This document shows, piece after piece, positions 29,772-40,379 of a stretch of DNA of 64,000 nucleotides. A model generated the notes under the pieces. That model was given only the letters and a program-made list of their open reading frames with translations, was not told the DNA's origin and searched no databases. The position numbers were made by a program, and so were the translations under genes. Position 1 is the first letter of the stretch; each line of letters opens with the position of its first letter. The stretch covers positions 2,604-66,603 of the forward strand of contig JBEHXK010000008.1 of NCBI GenBank assembly GCA_048498735.1. The letters are read 5' to 3'. Origin of the DNA: Pseudomonadota bacterium. Lineage in GTDB: Bacteria > Pseudomonadota > Alphaproteobacteria > Rickettsiales > UBA8987.

Positions 29772-30874
29772 TAATTCCTTTTTTCAAAATCAATTCTTGG
29801 ATCAACGATGACATATATAACATCGCCCAGAAGATTCAAGAAAAGACCCAATATAGTGAAAACAAAGAGAGAGCCGAAGATAACCGGATAGTCACGTGAA
29901 ATGGTTGCCTCAAATGAAAGAAGGCCTAGGCCATCAAGCGAGAAGATGACTTCAATTAAAAATGCTCCAGTGAACAGAATGCCAATAAAAGCTGAAGGAA
30001 AACCCGCAATTACAATTAGCATCGCATTTCTGAAAACATGCTTGTAAAGAACCCTTTTCTCGTTACAGCCTTTGGCATGTGCCGTTATGACATATTGCTT
30101 TGAGACCTCTTCCATGAAAGAATTCTTACATAACATTGTAAGGCTTGCAAAGCCGCCCATCACCATCGCGGTTATAGGTAAGGTCATGTGCCACAGATAA
30201 TCTAATATTTGTCTATACCAGGGCAGAGAATCAAAATTATTGGAAACAATTCCTTTCAGAGGAAACAGGCTGACAAAACTTCCTCCGGCGAAAAGAACTA
30301 TAAGGAAAATACCAAATAGAAATGAGGGAATGGCATAAGCGATTACTATTATGAAACTGGTTGCCACATCGAACTGACTGCCATCACGTACAGCTTTCCT
30401 GATGCCTAAAGGAATAGAGATCAAATAGGTTAGAAGGGTTGTCCACAAACCCAACGAGATTGAAACGGGAAGTTTATCTTTTATCAGTTCGAATACATTT
30501 TTATCTTTATAAAAAGAATTATCAAAATGAAACGTGATCAGTTTTTTCATCATTATCCAGAAGCGTTCAGCAACAGGTTTGTCAAAACCATACATTATTT
30601 CTATTTTTTTCAGAATTTCAGGATCAATCCCCTGGGCACCACGATATTTTACAGATGTATTAGAAGCTTCCAGTTTGGTATTCGCGCCACTAACAAAATC
30701 ACCGCCGGCGGAAGTATATCTGTCGTTAAACCCTTGTTGCATACCTTTTATTTTGGCAATGGCCTGTTCAACCGGCCCACCTGGTGCTGCCTGAATAATG
30801 GCAAAATTTATTAGCATCACACCAAAAAGTGTTGGAAAGATAAGCAAAAATCTTTTAAAAATATATTTTAGCAT
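29771..30874 (-). CDS. yejB: Peptide ABC transporter permease, YejB-like
   Basis: [33 protein letters not shown] and VDPRIDFE motifs. Confidence 0.9.
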   Translation of the reverse strand: MLKYIFKRFLLIFPTLFGVMLINFAIIQAAPGGPVEQAIAKIKGMQQGFNDRYTSAGGDFVSGANTKLEASNTSVKYRGAQGIDPEILKKIEIMYGFDKPVAERFWIMMKKLITFHFDNSFYKDKNVFELIKDKLPVSISLGLWTTLLTYLISIPLGIRKAVRDGSQFDVATSFIIVIAYAIPSFLFGIFLIVLFAGGSFVSLFPLKGIVSNNFDSLPWYRQILDYLWHMTLPITAMVMGGFASLTMLCKNSFMEEVSKQYVITAHAKGCNEKRVLYKHVFRNAMLIVIAGFPSAFIGILFTGAFLIEVIFSLDGLGLLSFEATISRDYPVIFGSLFVFTILGLFLNLLGDVIYVIVDPRIDFEKRN

Positions 30875-30903
30875 TATTAGATAGATTAAACAGAATTTGC
30901 GTC

Positions 30904-32331
30904 ATGAAAAAGTCTTTTCCATTACTCGCCTCTATAATTCTGATAGCAATATTCATATTACTTTTCAATCTATCACTTCCAAGAATAGAAAACTACATAG
31001 TTCGCAATAAGATCCAGAAGCAGGCTGCAGCTATCGGCGATGCTTTTATCTCCAGCATGACAGGTCAGGAAGAGCAGATATTTGCAAACCTGCCATGCAG
31101 GACAAGTTCTGTATGTCCTACACTAACAGGTATAAGTGCAAAATTTGACAGTGCCTCAAAGAGTTTTTCTGTTACCAGGGCATTACTGCTCTCTGACCGG
31201 GGAGAGGAAGTGTTTTCCGGAAGAAAGCTTGATGATAAATATATAAATCTTGTTGCGATAGCCCGTGACGGCTCGAAGGCATACCTAATGGAGAGATCAA
31301 ACGATAATAACAATCTTAACGAAAAGATAATTGTAGTATCAAAACTTTCTACACCAACCGAAGCTGATAAAGCCAAATATGTGCTTATTTTAACCGATAA
31401 GCAAAAAGTTGATATGCTGCTTTATCGCTATATATTTGCAGCGCTTACATTCCTGCCGGTATTTGTTATTCTTGTTATTTTCATCAGGCAATATACCTCT
31501 TCGACCGAAAGCGAAACCAGACTTACATCGGAAAACCTGGATTATGTTAAGCAGATCGATGATCTGAAGAAAGAAAACGTGCAGCAATCACAATTCCTGG
31601 CAAATTTTACCCATGAACTGCGAACACCTCTTAATTCGATAATAGGTTTTTCAGGACTGCTGAAAGATCAAACCCTTGGCCCGCTTGGGAATGGTGAATA
31701 TGTAAAATATGCCAATGATATTAATAACTCCGGCATACATCTTTTAAGCCTTATCAACGATATTCTGGATTATTCAAAATCAGAAGTGGGTAAGCTGAAA
31801 GTCAATATCACCGAAGTTGATATCGTTAAGGTTATAAAACAATCTCTTTCAATTGTTTCTCCAAGAGCAAGTGAATCCAAGGTTGATCTGTTGCAAAGCT
31901 TTTCCAACGATTATTATATTGTTCGTCTTGATCCTAAACGTTTGAAACAGATAATTCTGAATCTTCTTTCCAACTCTGTGAAATTTACACCTGAGGGAGG
32001 AAACGTAGCTGTTACGGTATATACTGACCTTAAAGGGGAAAAAGTTTCTATCGAAGTAAAAGATACCGGTGTTGGCATTGCCGAAAAAGATATACCAACA
32101 GTAATGTCATTATTCGGGCAGGTTGAAACTGATCTTAACCGTAAATATGAGGGCACAGGAATTGGCCTGCCGTTTGCAAAGAAGCTTACCCAACTTATGG
32201 GCGGCACGTTTGATCTGCAGTCTCAGGTTGGTGTTGGTACAAAAATTACGCTCACGTTTATCTACGATAAAAAACTCAATGCCGAATACGCTGAATTATT
32301 CAATAAAACGCCGGTGGAGCCTCAGCAGTAA
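30904..32331 (+). CDS. Membrane sensor histidine kinase, PleC/DivJ-like
   Basis: Two TMs; LANFTHELRTPLNSIIGFS, Y..DINNSG.HLLSLINDILD, NLLSNSVKFT and GTGIGL motifs. Confidence 0.88.
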   Translation: MKKSFPLLASIILIAIFILLFNLSLPRIENYIVRNKIQKQAAAIGDAFISSMTGQEEQIFANLPCRTSSVCPTLTGISAKFDSASKSFSVTRALLLSDRGEEVFSGRKLDDKYINLVAIARDGSKAYLMERSNDNNNLNEKIIVVSKLSTPTEADKAKYVLILTDKQKVDMLLYRYIFAALTFLPVFVILVIFIRQYTSSTESETRLTSENLDYVKQIDDLKKENVQQSQFLANFTHELRTPLNSIIGFSGLLKDQTLGPLGNGEYVKYANDINNSGIHLLSLINDILDYSKSEVGKLKVNITEVDIVKVIKQSLSIVSPRASESKVDLLQSFSNDYYIVRLDPKRLKQIILNLLSNSVKFTPEGGNVAVTVYTDLKGEKVSIEVKDTGVGIAEKDIPTVMSLFGQVETDLNRKYEGTGIGLPFAKKLTQLMGGTFDLQSQVGVGTKITLTFIYDKKLNAEYAELFNKTPVEPQQ

Positions 32332-32412
32332 AAAATATCAACATGATGTTTGATATTTGAGAATATTTGGTTAGATTTAAATAAAGTTAAAAAGTTAATT
32401 TGAAAAAATAAA

Positions 32413-33345
32413 ATGGCAATCAACTCAGAACAAAAACAAGAATTAGATAATTTAAGAACACTTTCCTTCAAAACAAAACGCGCTACAGTTCCAGCATTGG
32501 AAGAAATTTTATTTGAACCGATTCAGGTTCTTGATCACGGCTTTGTGCGCGTGGTTGATTATTTCGGTGATGATTCAGCGATCGTACAGGCGGCCCGCGT
32601 TTCTTATGGAAAAGGCACTAAGCAGGTGAACCAGGATAAAGGTTTGATAAACTATCTGATGCGCCACTGGCATACAACACCATTTGAAATGTGTGAGATA
32701 AAATTCCATATAAAACTTCCGATGTTTATTGCGCGTCAATGGATCCGCCATAGAACTGCAAATGTGAATGAATATTCTGCACGCTATTCGATCATGGATA
32801 AGGAATTTTATGTTCCTAAGCCAGAACATCTTGCACCACAATCAAAACAGAACCATCAGGGAAGAAGTGACCAGCCACTTGAAGGAAAAGAAGCTGCGAG
32901 GGTATTGGATATATTAAAGGGCGATTCGCTTCAATGTTATGATCACTATGAAGAAATGCTAAATTCAGATCAGCTGGGTAACATTAAAGATGAGAATAAT
33001 TTGGGTTTGGCACGTGAACTTGCGCGTATGAACCTAACTCTTAATTATTATACACAATGGTATTGGAAAATTGATCTTCACAATCTGTTCCACTTCCTGA
33101 TGTTGCGTGCTGATCCGCATGCGCAATATGAGATACGCGCTTATGCTGATGTTATGCTTGATATCGTAAAACGCTGGGTTCCTTTCGCATATGATGCTTT
33201 CATGGAATATAAAATGCATGGTGCGCATGTTTCGCGCACTGGCATGGAAGTGCTTAAGAGAATGATCGCGGGTGAGAAGATCACTCAGGAATCTTCAGGT
33301 ATGACTAAGCGCGAATGGGAAGAACTTACAGCAAAACTTAAATAG
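32413..33345 (+). CDS. thyX: FAD-dependent thymidylate synthase
   Basis: [31 protein letters not shown] and HAQYEIR motifs. Confidence 0.97.
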   Translation: MAINSEQKQELDNLRTLSFKTKRATVPALEEILFEPIQVLDHGFVRVVDYFGDDSAIVQAARVSYGKGTKQVNQDKGLINYLMRHWHTTPFEMCEIKFHIKLPMFIARQWIRHRTANVNEYSARYSIMDKEFYVPKPEHLAPQSKQNHQGRSDQPLEGKEAARVLDILKGDSLQCYDHYEEMLNSDQLGNIKDENNLGLARELARMNLTLNYYTQWYWKIDLHNLFHFLMLRADPHAQYEIRAYADVMLDIVKRWVPFAYDAFMEYKMHGAHVSRTGMEVLKRMIAGEKITQESSGMTKREWEELTAKLK

Positions 33346-34573
33346 TTTTCTTTGCCAGGCCCAATAACTCACGTTTTTCATTTTCACTTAGGAATGTAGC
33401 GGCATTTATTCTGTTCCACAGGCTTTCTGTTCTGGGTGTTAGGGCAGAAATGGTTTCAGTGTCATAAGAAATGAACAGATTATCACTGCGTTTATACATT
33501 GGCACCAGCCAGCGATTTAAAGCATCACAAAGATCATCCATTAATGGAAGAATTGTTTGCTCCCAAAGAGCAAGACGTGCTTCTGATAGGTTGCTATAAG
33601 TATTATCTCCAGGAATGCCGAGAAGTTGCGGTGGTACGCCAAAGGCCAGTGAAATTTCACGCGCACTCATATTTTTACATTCCAGATAATCCATATCTTT
33701 ATGTGAAAGACTCATTTCCTTCCAGTCCAATCCACCTTCAAGGATTATTGGCCTACCGGCATTATCATAGCCACTATATTGTTCTTCAATTTGATTGCGA
33801 ATGCGTGAAAATTGTTCTTCTGTTAACCTTCCCACGCCGCCTTCAGAAGCCGGTTTAACAACCAAGGCTCCACTTGGTTTTGCACCATTTTGTAATAGTG
33901 CCTGATTCCATTTCGCTGCCTGATTATGTTGATCTATACTGTATGCCGCTGCTTCGATCGGCGATAGACCAAAATGATCATTAAGCGGATGGAAATTCTT
34001 GCAATGAAGTATTGCCGATTTTCCTGAGATCTTATCAACCGGATATTTGATCTCCTTATTATTTATCGAATAGAGATAATTATTAACATAACCATCTTTA
34101 TCGGTTGAAATACTTATCCTGTCGGGGCGTAAAGTATAGAGTTCACGTGGTGTTCCATCGGCAGAATTGATTGAGAGAATAAAACTATTTCCGCTGATAA
34201 GTTTATACGAAATTACTGATTCAAAGAATAATGAACCATTAGTAAGCGGGTTTGGGTAATTTAAAATATCGATTATCGGGTGTTTTTTAACGAGGTTTTT
34301 TTCATTGGAGGTAACATTATATAATTTCCAATCGATCGAAGCGACCAACTTGGAAACATAAGAAATGCACTTATAGGCGATAACATTTTTTGTATAGGCT
34401 TCGTCAGCAAATTTTGTATAATTTCTGCTCATCCATACAGGTTTTACGGGTTCATGAAAGTAAGTCTGATAGCCTATTTCACGCGCAAGCTGATCGTAAA
34501 GACCGTTATTTTTGACAGTTTTTGATCTGCCAAATAAATTGAAATTTTTGACACCGCTTTTTTTCTTACCCAT
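33338..34573 (-). CDS. HK97-family portal protein, RcGTA g3-like
   Basis: [65 protein letters not shown] and EKRELLG motifs. Confidence 0.94.
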   Translation of the reverse strand: MGKKKSGVKNFNLFGRSKTVKNNGLYDQLAREIGYQTYFHEPVKPVWMSRNYTKFADEAYTKNVIAYKCISYVSKLVASIDWKLYNVTSNEKNLVKKHPIIDILNYPNPLTNGSLFFESVISYKLISGNSFILSINSADGTPRELYTLRPDRISISTDKDGYVNNYLYSINNKEIKYPVDKISGKSAILHCKNFHPLNDHFGLSPIEAAAYSIDQHNQAAKWNQALLQNGAKPSGALVVKPASEGGVGRLTEEQFSRIRNQIEEQYSGYDNAGRPIILEGGLDWKEMSLSHKDMDYLECKNMSAREISLAFGVPPQLLGIPGDNTYSNLSEARLALWEQTILPLMDDLCDALNRWLVPMYKRSDNLFISYDTETISALTPRTESLWNRINAATFLSENEKRELLGLAKKTI

Positions 34574-34605
34574 TTTTACCTCGTATAAGTTGTAATAATT
34601 TCTAA

Positions 34606-34639
34606 ATTATAAGTTGAGAAAAACCTGTCCGGAAGTGCA
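34606..34639 (-). promoter_or_regulatory. Putative GTA-specific promoter of the portal gene
   Basis: Minus strand TGCAC-TTCCGG-N17-TATAAT; same architecture as 38503-38536. Confidence 0.6.
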
Positions 34640-34658
34640 TGAAATGCAAAAACAGTTC

Positions 34659-34686
34659 TTGCTTGCTTTAAAATCCCTATTATTAT
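34659..34686 (+). promoter_or_regulatory. Putative sigma70 promoter of recA
   Basis: TTGCTT-N16-TATTAT, 28 nt before the recA ATG. Confidence 0.4.
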
Positions 34687-34714
34687 TGACTCAACTTGAA
34701 TCTCAGAGGGTTTT

Positions 34715-35728
34715 ATGGATAAGAAAAAAGCACTAGAATCTGCACTTAGTCAGATTGAAAAAGCATATGGTAAAGGCTCAGTAATGAAACTGGGCGATAA
34801 AGAAATCGTTAAAGTTGAAGCAATATCTACTGGTTCATTGGGTCTTGATATGGCCCTTGGAGTAGGTGGTGTTCCAAGAGGAAGGGTGATCGAAATATTT
34901 GGCCCTGAATCTTCTGGTAAAACTACCTTAACGCTGCACATTGTTGCAGAAGCTCAGAAAAAAGGCGGTAATTGCGCATTCATAGATGCGGAACACGCAC
35001 TTGATTCAGTATATGCCAGCAAACTTGGCGTTAAGATTGATGATCTGGTCGTTTCTCAGCCGGATACTGGTGAACAGGCTTTAGAAATAGCAGATACATT
35101 AGTTCGTTCCGGCGCATTTGACGTTATCGTTGTAGATTCTGTTGCTGCACTTGTACCTAAAGCGGAGATCGAAGGCGAAATGGGCGATGCACAAATGGGT
35201 GCACAAGCAAGGTTAATGAGTCAGGCGCTTCGTAAGCTTACCGGTTCAATTTCTAAAACTAACTGCACTGTTATTTTCATCAACCAGATCCGTCAGAAAA
35301 TTGGCGTGATGTTTGGTAACCCTGAAACAACGACAGGCGGTAATGCGCTTAAATTCTATGCCTCTGTTCGTTTGGATATCAGAAGAATTGGTGCAATTAA
35401 GGATAAAGAAGAGGTTATAGGTAACCAGACGCGTGTTAAAGTTGTTAAGAACAAAGTTGCCCCTCCTTTCAGACAGGTGGATTTCGAGATCATCTATGGC
35501 GAAGGTATCAGCAGACTTGGTGAAACAATTGATATGGGCGTTAATGCCAATATCATTGAAAAATCAGGCTCATGGTTCACTTATGGCGCACAGCGCATTG
35601 GCCAGGGTAAGGAAAACGCAAAACAGTTCCTGAAGGAAAACCCTGCAATTGCTGAAGAGATCGAAGCTAAGATCAGGGCGACCCTTCCTGCTGGCGGCGC
35701 GACCGTTGGTGGCGAAGATGCAGCTTAA
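34715..35728 (+). CDS. recA: Recombinase A
   Basis: [33 protein letters not shown] and [12 protein letters not shown] motifs. Confidence 0.99.
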   Translation: MDKKKALESALSQIEKAYGKGSVMKLGDKEIVKVEAISTGSLGLDMALGVGGVPRGRVIEIFGPESSGKTTLTLHIVAEAQKKGGNCAFIDAEHALDSVYASKLGVKIDDLVVSQPDTGEQALEIADTLVRSGAFDVIVVDSVAALVPKAEIEGEMGDAQMGAQARLMSQALRKLTGSISKTNCTVIFINQIRQKIGVMFGNPETTTGGNALKFYASVRLDIRRIGAIKDKEEVIGNQTRVKVVKNKVAPPFRQVDFEIIYGEGISRLGETIDMGVNANIIEKSGSWFTYGAQRIGQGKENAKQFLKENPAIAEEIEAKIRATLPAGGATVGGEDAA

Positions 35729-35765
35729 AAGCTTGCAAAATTAGCTTTTCTTCTCATAAAATTTG

Positions 35766-35810
35766 CAATATTAACAGCCCTGCTGCTATAACAGCAGGGT
35801 AATAATATTG
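35766..35810 (+). other. Stem-loop between recA and alaS, no U-tract
   Basis: CAATATTA-acag-CCCTGCTG-ctataa-CAGCAGGG-taa-TAATATTG: two stacked 8-bp stems. Confidence 0.65.
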
Positions 35811-35818
35811 GTATTTAA

Positions 35819-38488
35819 ATGTCGACAACTCCTAGAACACTCAGCGAGGTTAGAAAAAGCTTTCTGGAATTTTTCCGTTCCAAAGGGCATGAGATAGTTC
35901 CATCAGCACCACTACTTCCTCATAATGACCCAACGCTAATGTTCACCAATGCCGGCATGGTTCCATTCAAGAACGTTTTTGTAGGCAAGGAAGAATTAAA
36001 AGGCAAATCAAGCGGTAAAGTTGTTAAAGCTGCTTCGGTACAGAAATGCGTTCGCGCCGGCGGCAAGCATAATGACCTTGATAATGTTGGCTATACTGCA
36101 CGCCACCATACTTTCTTTGAGATGCTTGGTAATTTCAGCTTTGGTGATTATTTCAAAGAACATGCGATTCAGTATGCATGGGAATATCTGACAAAAGTTC
36201 TGAACCTCCCGGAAGAAAAACTTCTGGTTACGGTTTATCATAATGATGATGATGCTTTCAATATTTGGAAGAAAGTTGCAAAACTTCCTGATGAAAAGAT
36301 CATTCGCATAACTTCAGATGATAATTTTTGGGCGATGGGTGATACCGGCCCATGCGGACCTTGCAGCGAGATATTCTATGATCACGGCCCTTCTATAGCA
36401 GGTGGCCCTCCAGGCTCACCTGAACAGGATGGTGATAGGTTCATTGAAATATGGAACCTGGTTTTCATGCAATTTGAAAAGCATGAAGATGGTTCGCGCA
36501 CGAACCTGCCAAAACCATGTATTGATACAGGTATGGGCCTGGAACGTATCACAACGATTATGCAGAATGTGCACGATAATTATGAGATAGATATATTTAA
36601 AAACCTGATAGCGGCATCGAAGGAAATTTCAAAACGTGAAGGGGAGAAATATGAAGTTTCTCATCGCGTTATCGCGGATCATTTACGTTCATCATGTTTC
36701 CTGATCGCAGACGGTATTTTACCTTCAAACGAGGGCAGGGGCTATGTATTGCGTCGTATAATGCGCCGTGCAATGCGCCATTGCCATATATTAGACCCTA
36801 AACACACATGGTTTTATAAAATGATCCCTGCGCTGATAGAAAATATGGGCGCTGCCTATCCAGAGCTGCAACGTGCGGAAAGCCTGCTTACACAAACATT
36901 AAAAAGCGAAGAAGAAAAATTTCGTGAAACTCTTGATAACGGCCTGAAAATATTAGAAGGCGAGTTGAAAGGAGTTAAATCTGGCGGAGAATTGAAAGGT
37001 GAGATAGCCTTTAAACTATATGATACATATGGTTTCCCGCTAGATCTGACGCAGGATATTCTACGCAGCAAAAATATCAAAGTTGATATTAAAGGCTTTG
37101 ATGAAGCGATGGAAAAACAGCGCGAACAGGCGCGTGCTAACTGGGCTGGTAGTGGCGAACAATCTGCTGGCGAATTATGGTTAAATATTGCGAAGAAAAA
37201 TCCTAGCACTGAATTCACTGGTTATACCACACTTAAATCACGCGCTGAGATCGCAAGCATTGTAGTTGGTGATAAAGAAATTAATAAGGCACCTGTTGGT
37301 GAAGCAGCTATCATAACCAACCAGACACCATTCTATGCAGAATCGGGTGGTCAGGCTGGTGATACAGGCATTATATATTCTGATAAATTTAAATTTGAAG
37401 TGGTAACAACGAAGAAATTTGGCGGATTATTTGTTCATTTTGGTAAAATTATTTCAGGCGAAGCATCAGTTGGTGATGATGTTAATTTAGAAGTTAATGG
37501 CCAAAGGCGCGATGCACTGAAAAGAAACCACTCCGCAACGCATATATTACATGCAGTTTTGCGTAGAAAACTTGGTGATCACATCAGCCAGAAAGGTTCA
37601 TTGGTTGAGGCTGACTATTTGCGTTTTGATTTTTCTAATCAGAAAGCGGTTTCGAAAGAACAACTTGCTGAAATAGAGAGAGAAGTTAATCAAATAATCA
37701 TCCAAAACAGTGAAAGCACAACTCGCGTTATGCCTATAAAACAGGCGATGGAGAGCGGTGCGGTTGCTTTATTCGGTGAGAAATATGGAGATGAGGTTCG
37801 TGTAGTTTCTATGGGCCTGGAACAGGATAATGATAAGAAATATTCAATAGAATTTTGTGGTGGAACACACGTTAGCCGTACTGGTGATATAGGATTGTTT
37901 AAAATCACGAAAGAGCTTGCGGTTGCTTCCGGCGTTAGAAGAATTGAAGCAGTTACAGGTAATAAAGCGGTTGAATATATCCAGGGCAGAGAAGGAATTA
38001 TATCTTCAGTACAGGATAGGTTAAAAACTTCTCCGGAAGATTTTGATAACAGAATATCCGGCCTGATGAATGAGAAGAAAAATCTTGAAGGGCAGATATC
38101 TGACTTGAAAAAGAAGCTTGTGATGGGCGGTGAGGCTGGAAAATCTTCATCTGGAGTTGCTGCTGAGAATATAAATGGCGTTGCATTCATTGGCCAGAAA
38201 CTTGCTGGAATTGAGCCTAAAGATCTTCGCGGCCTGATTGATTCATATAAAAAACAGAATGAGAATTCTGTAATCGTTCTGATTTCTGATAATGAAGGCA
38301 AAGCATCTATCGCTGCGGGCGTATCGGAAAAACTGATAAATAAATTCAGCGCAGTTGAGTTAGTAAAAAAATCTTCAGAAATAATGGGCGGTAAAGGCGG
38401 CGGCGGCAGGCCAGATTTTGCTCAGGGTGGTGCGCCTTCCAGCATTAATGCTGAACAGGCTTTCGCAGAGATAAAAAAATTATTTTAA
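35819..38488 (+). CDS. alaS: Alanine--tRNA ligase
   Basis: FTNAGM, RHHTFFEMLGNFSFGDYFK, NHSATH, CGGTHV and GGKGGG motifs. Confidence 0.98.
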   Translation: MSTTPRTLSEVRKSFLEFFRSKGHEIVPSAPLLPHNDPTLMFTNAGMVPFKNVFVGKEELKGKSSGKVVKAASVQKCVRAGGKHNDLDNVGYTARHHTFFEMLGNFSFGDYFKEHAIQYAWEYLTKVLNLPEEKLLVTVYHNDDDAFNIWKKVAKLPDEKIIRITSDDNFWAMGDTGPCGPCSEIFYDHGPSIAGGPPGSPEQDGDRFIEIWNLVFMQFEKHEDGSRTNLPKPCIDTGMGLERITTIMQNVHDNYEIDIFKNLIAASKEISKREGEKYEVSHRVIADHLRSSCFLIADGILPSNEGRGYVLRRIMRRAMRHCHILDPKHTWFYKMIPALIENMGAAYPELQRAESLLTQTLKSEEEKFRETLDNGLKILEGELKGVKSGGELKGEIAFKLYDTYGFPLDLTQDILRSKNIKVDIKGFDEAMEKQREQARANWAGSGEQSAGELWLNIAKKNPSTEFTGYTTLKSRAEIASIVVGDKEINKAPVGEAAIITNQTPFYAESGGQAGDTGIIYSDKFKFEVVTTKKFGGLFVHFGKIISGEASVGDDVNLEVNGQRRDALKRNHSATHILHAVLRRKLGDHISQKGSLVEADYLRFDFSNQKAVSKEQLAEIEREVNQIIIQNSESTTRVMPIKQAMESGAVALFGEKYGDEVRVVSMGLEQDNDKKYSIEFCGGTHVSRTGDIGLFKITKELAVASGVRRIEAVTGNKAVEYIQGREGIISSVQDRLKTSPEDFDNRISGLMNEKKNLEGQISDLKKKLVMGGEAGKSSSGVAAENINGVAFIGQKLAGIEPKDLRGLIDSYKKQNENSVIVLISDNEGKASIAAGVSEKLINKFSAVELVKKSSEIMGGKGGGGRPDFAQGGAPSSINAEQAFAEIKKLF

Positions 38489-38502
38489 ATTTTTTTGCCC
38501 GG

Positions 38503-38536
38503 TGTACTTCCGGGTAAATACATCGCGGCGTAATCT
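38503..38536 (+). promoter_or_regulatory. Putative GTA-specific promoter of the protease-capsid-baseplate operon
   Basis: TGTAC-TTCCGG-N17-TAATCT; same architecture as the portal promoter. Confidence 0.6.
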
Positions 38537-38566
38537 TAGATCAAGCAATCAAGCTTGGATAAGATT

Positions 38567-39103
38567 ATGGATAGAAAAACCTCAGAGTTCGCACTCAATA
38601 TAAAATCACTTAATGAAGAAGGCTATTTTGCGGGTTATGCCAGTGTTTTTAATGTTGAAGATAATCATGGCGACGTAATTCTTACAGGTGCTTTCGGCAA
38701 TTCATTAATAAAGAACCGTTTTGGCAAAGATATTAAACTTTTGTGGCAGCACAAAAGCGATGAGCCGATCGGTATCTTTACAAAAATGTTTGAAGATGAG
38801 CACGGCTTATACGTTGAAGGTAAGCTTTTACTTGATATCCAGCGGGCTAAGGAAGCCTATGCACTTTTGGTTAATGGCGGCCTGAAAGGCTTAAGCATTG
38901 GTTTCATTGTTAAAGACTATGAAATTAATGATAAGGGGGTCAGGCTTATATACGAGGCCGACCTATGGGAAATAAGCCTTGTAACCTTTCCGGCAAATAC
39001 TCATGCAACCGTTACTGAAGTTAAAGCACATGAACTTCAGTCCAATGATCTATCTGATCTTGAAAGCTCAATTCAGAAGGCAATCGCCACTCTGATAAAT
39101 TAA
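38567..39103 (+). CDS. HK97-family prohead protease, RcGTA g4-like
   Basis: GYASVF, LLWQH (His), PIG, GLSIGF (Ser) and LWEISLVTFPA motifs. ATG 38567 preferred over TTG 38555. Confidence 0.94.
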   Translation: MDRKTSEFALNIKSLNEEGYFAGYASVFNVEDNHGDVILTGAFGNSLIKNRFGKDIKLLWQHKSDEPIGIFTKMFEDEHGLYVEGKLLLDIQRAKEAYALLVNGGLKGLSIGFIVKDYEINDKGVRLIYEADLWEISLVTFPANTHATVTEVKAHELQSNDLSDLESSIQKAIATLIN

Positions 39104-39121
39104 TAATAAGGAAAAATAAAA

Positions 39122-40321
39122 ATGACAATTTCTACAATAAATCAAAAAGTCGATAAACTCGGCAATGCGTGGGAAGAATTTAAAAAACTCAATGATCGCA
39201 GATTGCAGGAGATCGAGCACAAAGGTTCATCTGATGTTTTGACGGTTGAACATTTAAATCGCATTGGTTCTGCACTAGACGGATATAAATCACGCCTGGA
39301 TTCGCTTGAAACTGCTTATAATCGCCCCGAATTCAGCAGTGCGGATTATAACCAAAATGCAACCGCAGAAGTAATTGCCGAACATAAGAACGCTTTCCTG
39401 AACTATATCCGTAAAGGTGTTGAAGGTGATCTGGCGTTCTTAGAGCAAAAAGCACTTTCTAATGGCAGTGATGTTGATGGTGGTTATCTAGTTACCCCTA
39501 AACTATATGAAAATATGGCTCAGAAGATATTTGAAACATCTCCTATGAGACAACTTGCATCTGTTATGACAATGTCTACTGACACATTTGATGTTATCCA
39601 GGATATGGATACACCTGGTGTAGGCTGGTCAGCTTCTGAAACAGCAGTTGTTTCAGAATCTACAACTCCTCAGATTTCAAAAGTATCAATCGATGCATAT
39701 GAAGTTGTAGCACAACCTAAAGCCACACAAAAACTTATCGATGATGCGACTATTGATATCGAACAATGGATGACAGAAAAACTTGTGGATGCTTTCTCGC
39801 GACTAGAAAACACAGCATTTGTTTCTGGTGATGGTTCTGGTAAGCCAAAAGGTATTCTATCATATACAGCAGGTACTGGCGCAGGGCAGATCGAGCAAAT
39901 TCTATCTGGTACATCAGCAGTAGTTACTGCAGATGGTCTGATAAAATTATATTATGCACTAAAAGATGAATATGCTCGCAAGGCCACATTCTTAATGAAC
40001 CGCGCTACAGTTCAGGCTGTTAGATTACTTAAAGATACAACCAACCAATATATATGGAACCCCGGCCTGGCAGTTGGCACTCCAGATACATTGATGGGCG
40101 TTCCAGTAATGCTTGCAACAGATATTCCTGTTCCTGCAGCAGCATCACTTTCAGTTGCGGTGGGTGATTTTAAACGTGCTTATCAGATCGTTGACAGGCA
40201 CGGCGTTAGAATTCTGAGAGATCCATACACGGAAAAACCATTTGTTAAATTCTACACTACAAAACGTGTAGGCGGTCAGGTGGTAAACTTCGAAGCCGTA
40301 AAAATCCTTAAACTATCTTAA
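39122..40321 (+). CDS. HK97-fold major capsid protein, RcGTA g5-like
   Basis: DGGYLV, SPMRQLA, P.ATQKLIDD, F..GDG.GKPKG, GDF..AY and LRDPY..KPFV.FY.TKRVGG motifs. Confidence 0.95.
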   Translation: MTISTINQKVDKLGNAWEEFKKLNDRRLQEIEHKGSSDVLTVEHLNRIGSALDGYKSRLDSLETAYNRPEFSSADYNQNATAEVIAEHKNAFLNYIRKGVEGDLAFLEQKALSNGSDVDGGYLVTPKLYENMAQKIFETSPMRQLASVMTMSTDTFDVIQDMDTPGVGWSASETAVVSESTTPQISKVSIDAYEVVAQPKATQKLIDDATIDIEQWMTEKLVDAFSRLENTAFVSGDGSGKPKGILSYTAGTGAGQIEQILSGTSAVVTADGLIKLYYALKDEYARKATFLMNRATVQAVRLLKDTTNQYIWNPGLAVGTPDTLMGVPVMLATDIPVPAAASLSVAVGDFKRAYQIVDRHGVRILRDPYTEKPFVKFYTTKRVGGQVVNFEAVKILKLS

Positions 40322-40332
40322 TTAATAACAGG

Positions 40333-40362
40333 TTTGCGGATCTGGAAAGCCAGGTTCGCAGA
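40333..40362 (+). other. GC-rich hairpin after the capsid gene (stabiliser/attenuator-like, no U-tract)
   Basis: TTTGCGGATCTGG-aaag-CCAGGTTCGCAGA forms a 13-bp stem including G-U pairs. Confidence 0.65.
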
Positions 40363-40379
40363 TCACAATAATTAAAAAA

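Noticed and set aside
32377-32398. CtrA site upstream of thyX
   Set aside because: The TTAA half-sites are spaced by 6 and 4 nt rather than 7, in very AT-rich DNA.
34655-34669. Alphaproteobacterial LexA box (GTTC-N7-GTTC) at the recA promoter
   Set aside because: The sequence is GTTC-ttgcttg-CTTT, so the second half-site has two mismatches. At best a degenerate site.
37690-38301. 203-aa antisense ORF in alaS, and other antisense or alternate-frame ORFs such as 3666-4148, 9920-10360, 43402-43818 and 62332-62643
   Set aside because: They lie wholly within well-supported genes and have no recognisable motifs, so they are shadow ORFs.
38494-38518. Inverted repeat CCCGG-tgtactt-CCGGG as the alaS terminator
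   Set aside because: No U-tract follows the stem on either strand, and its right arm is the shared GTA promoter motif, which explains it better.
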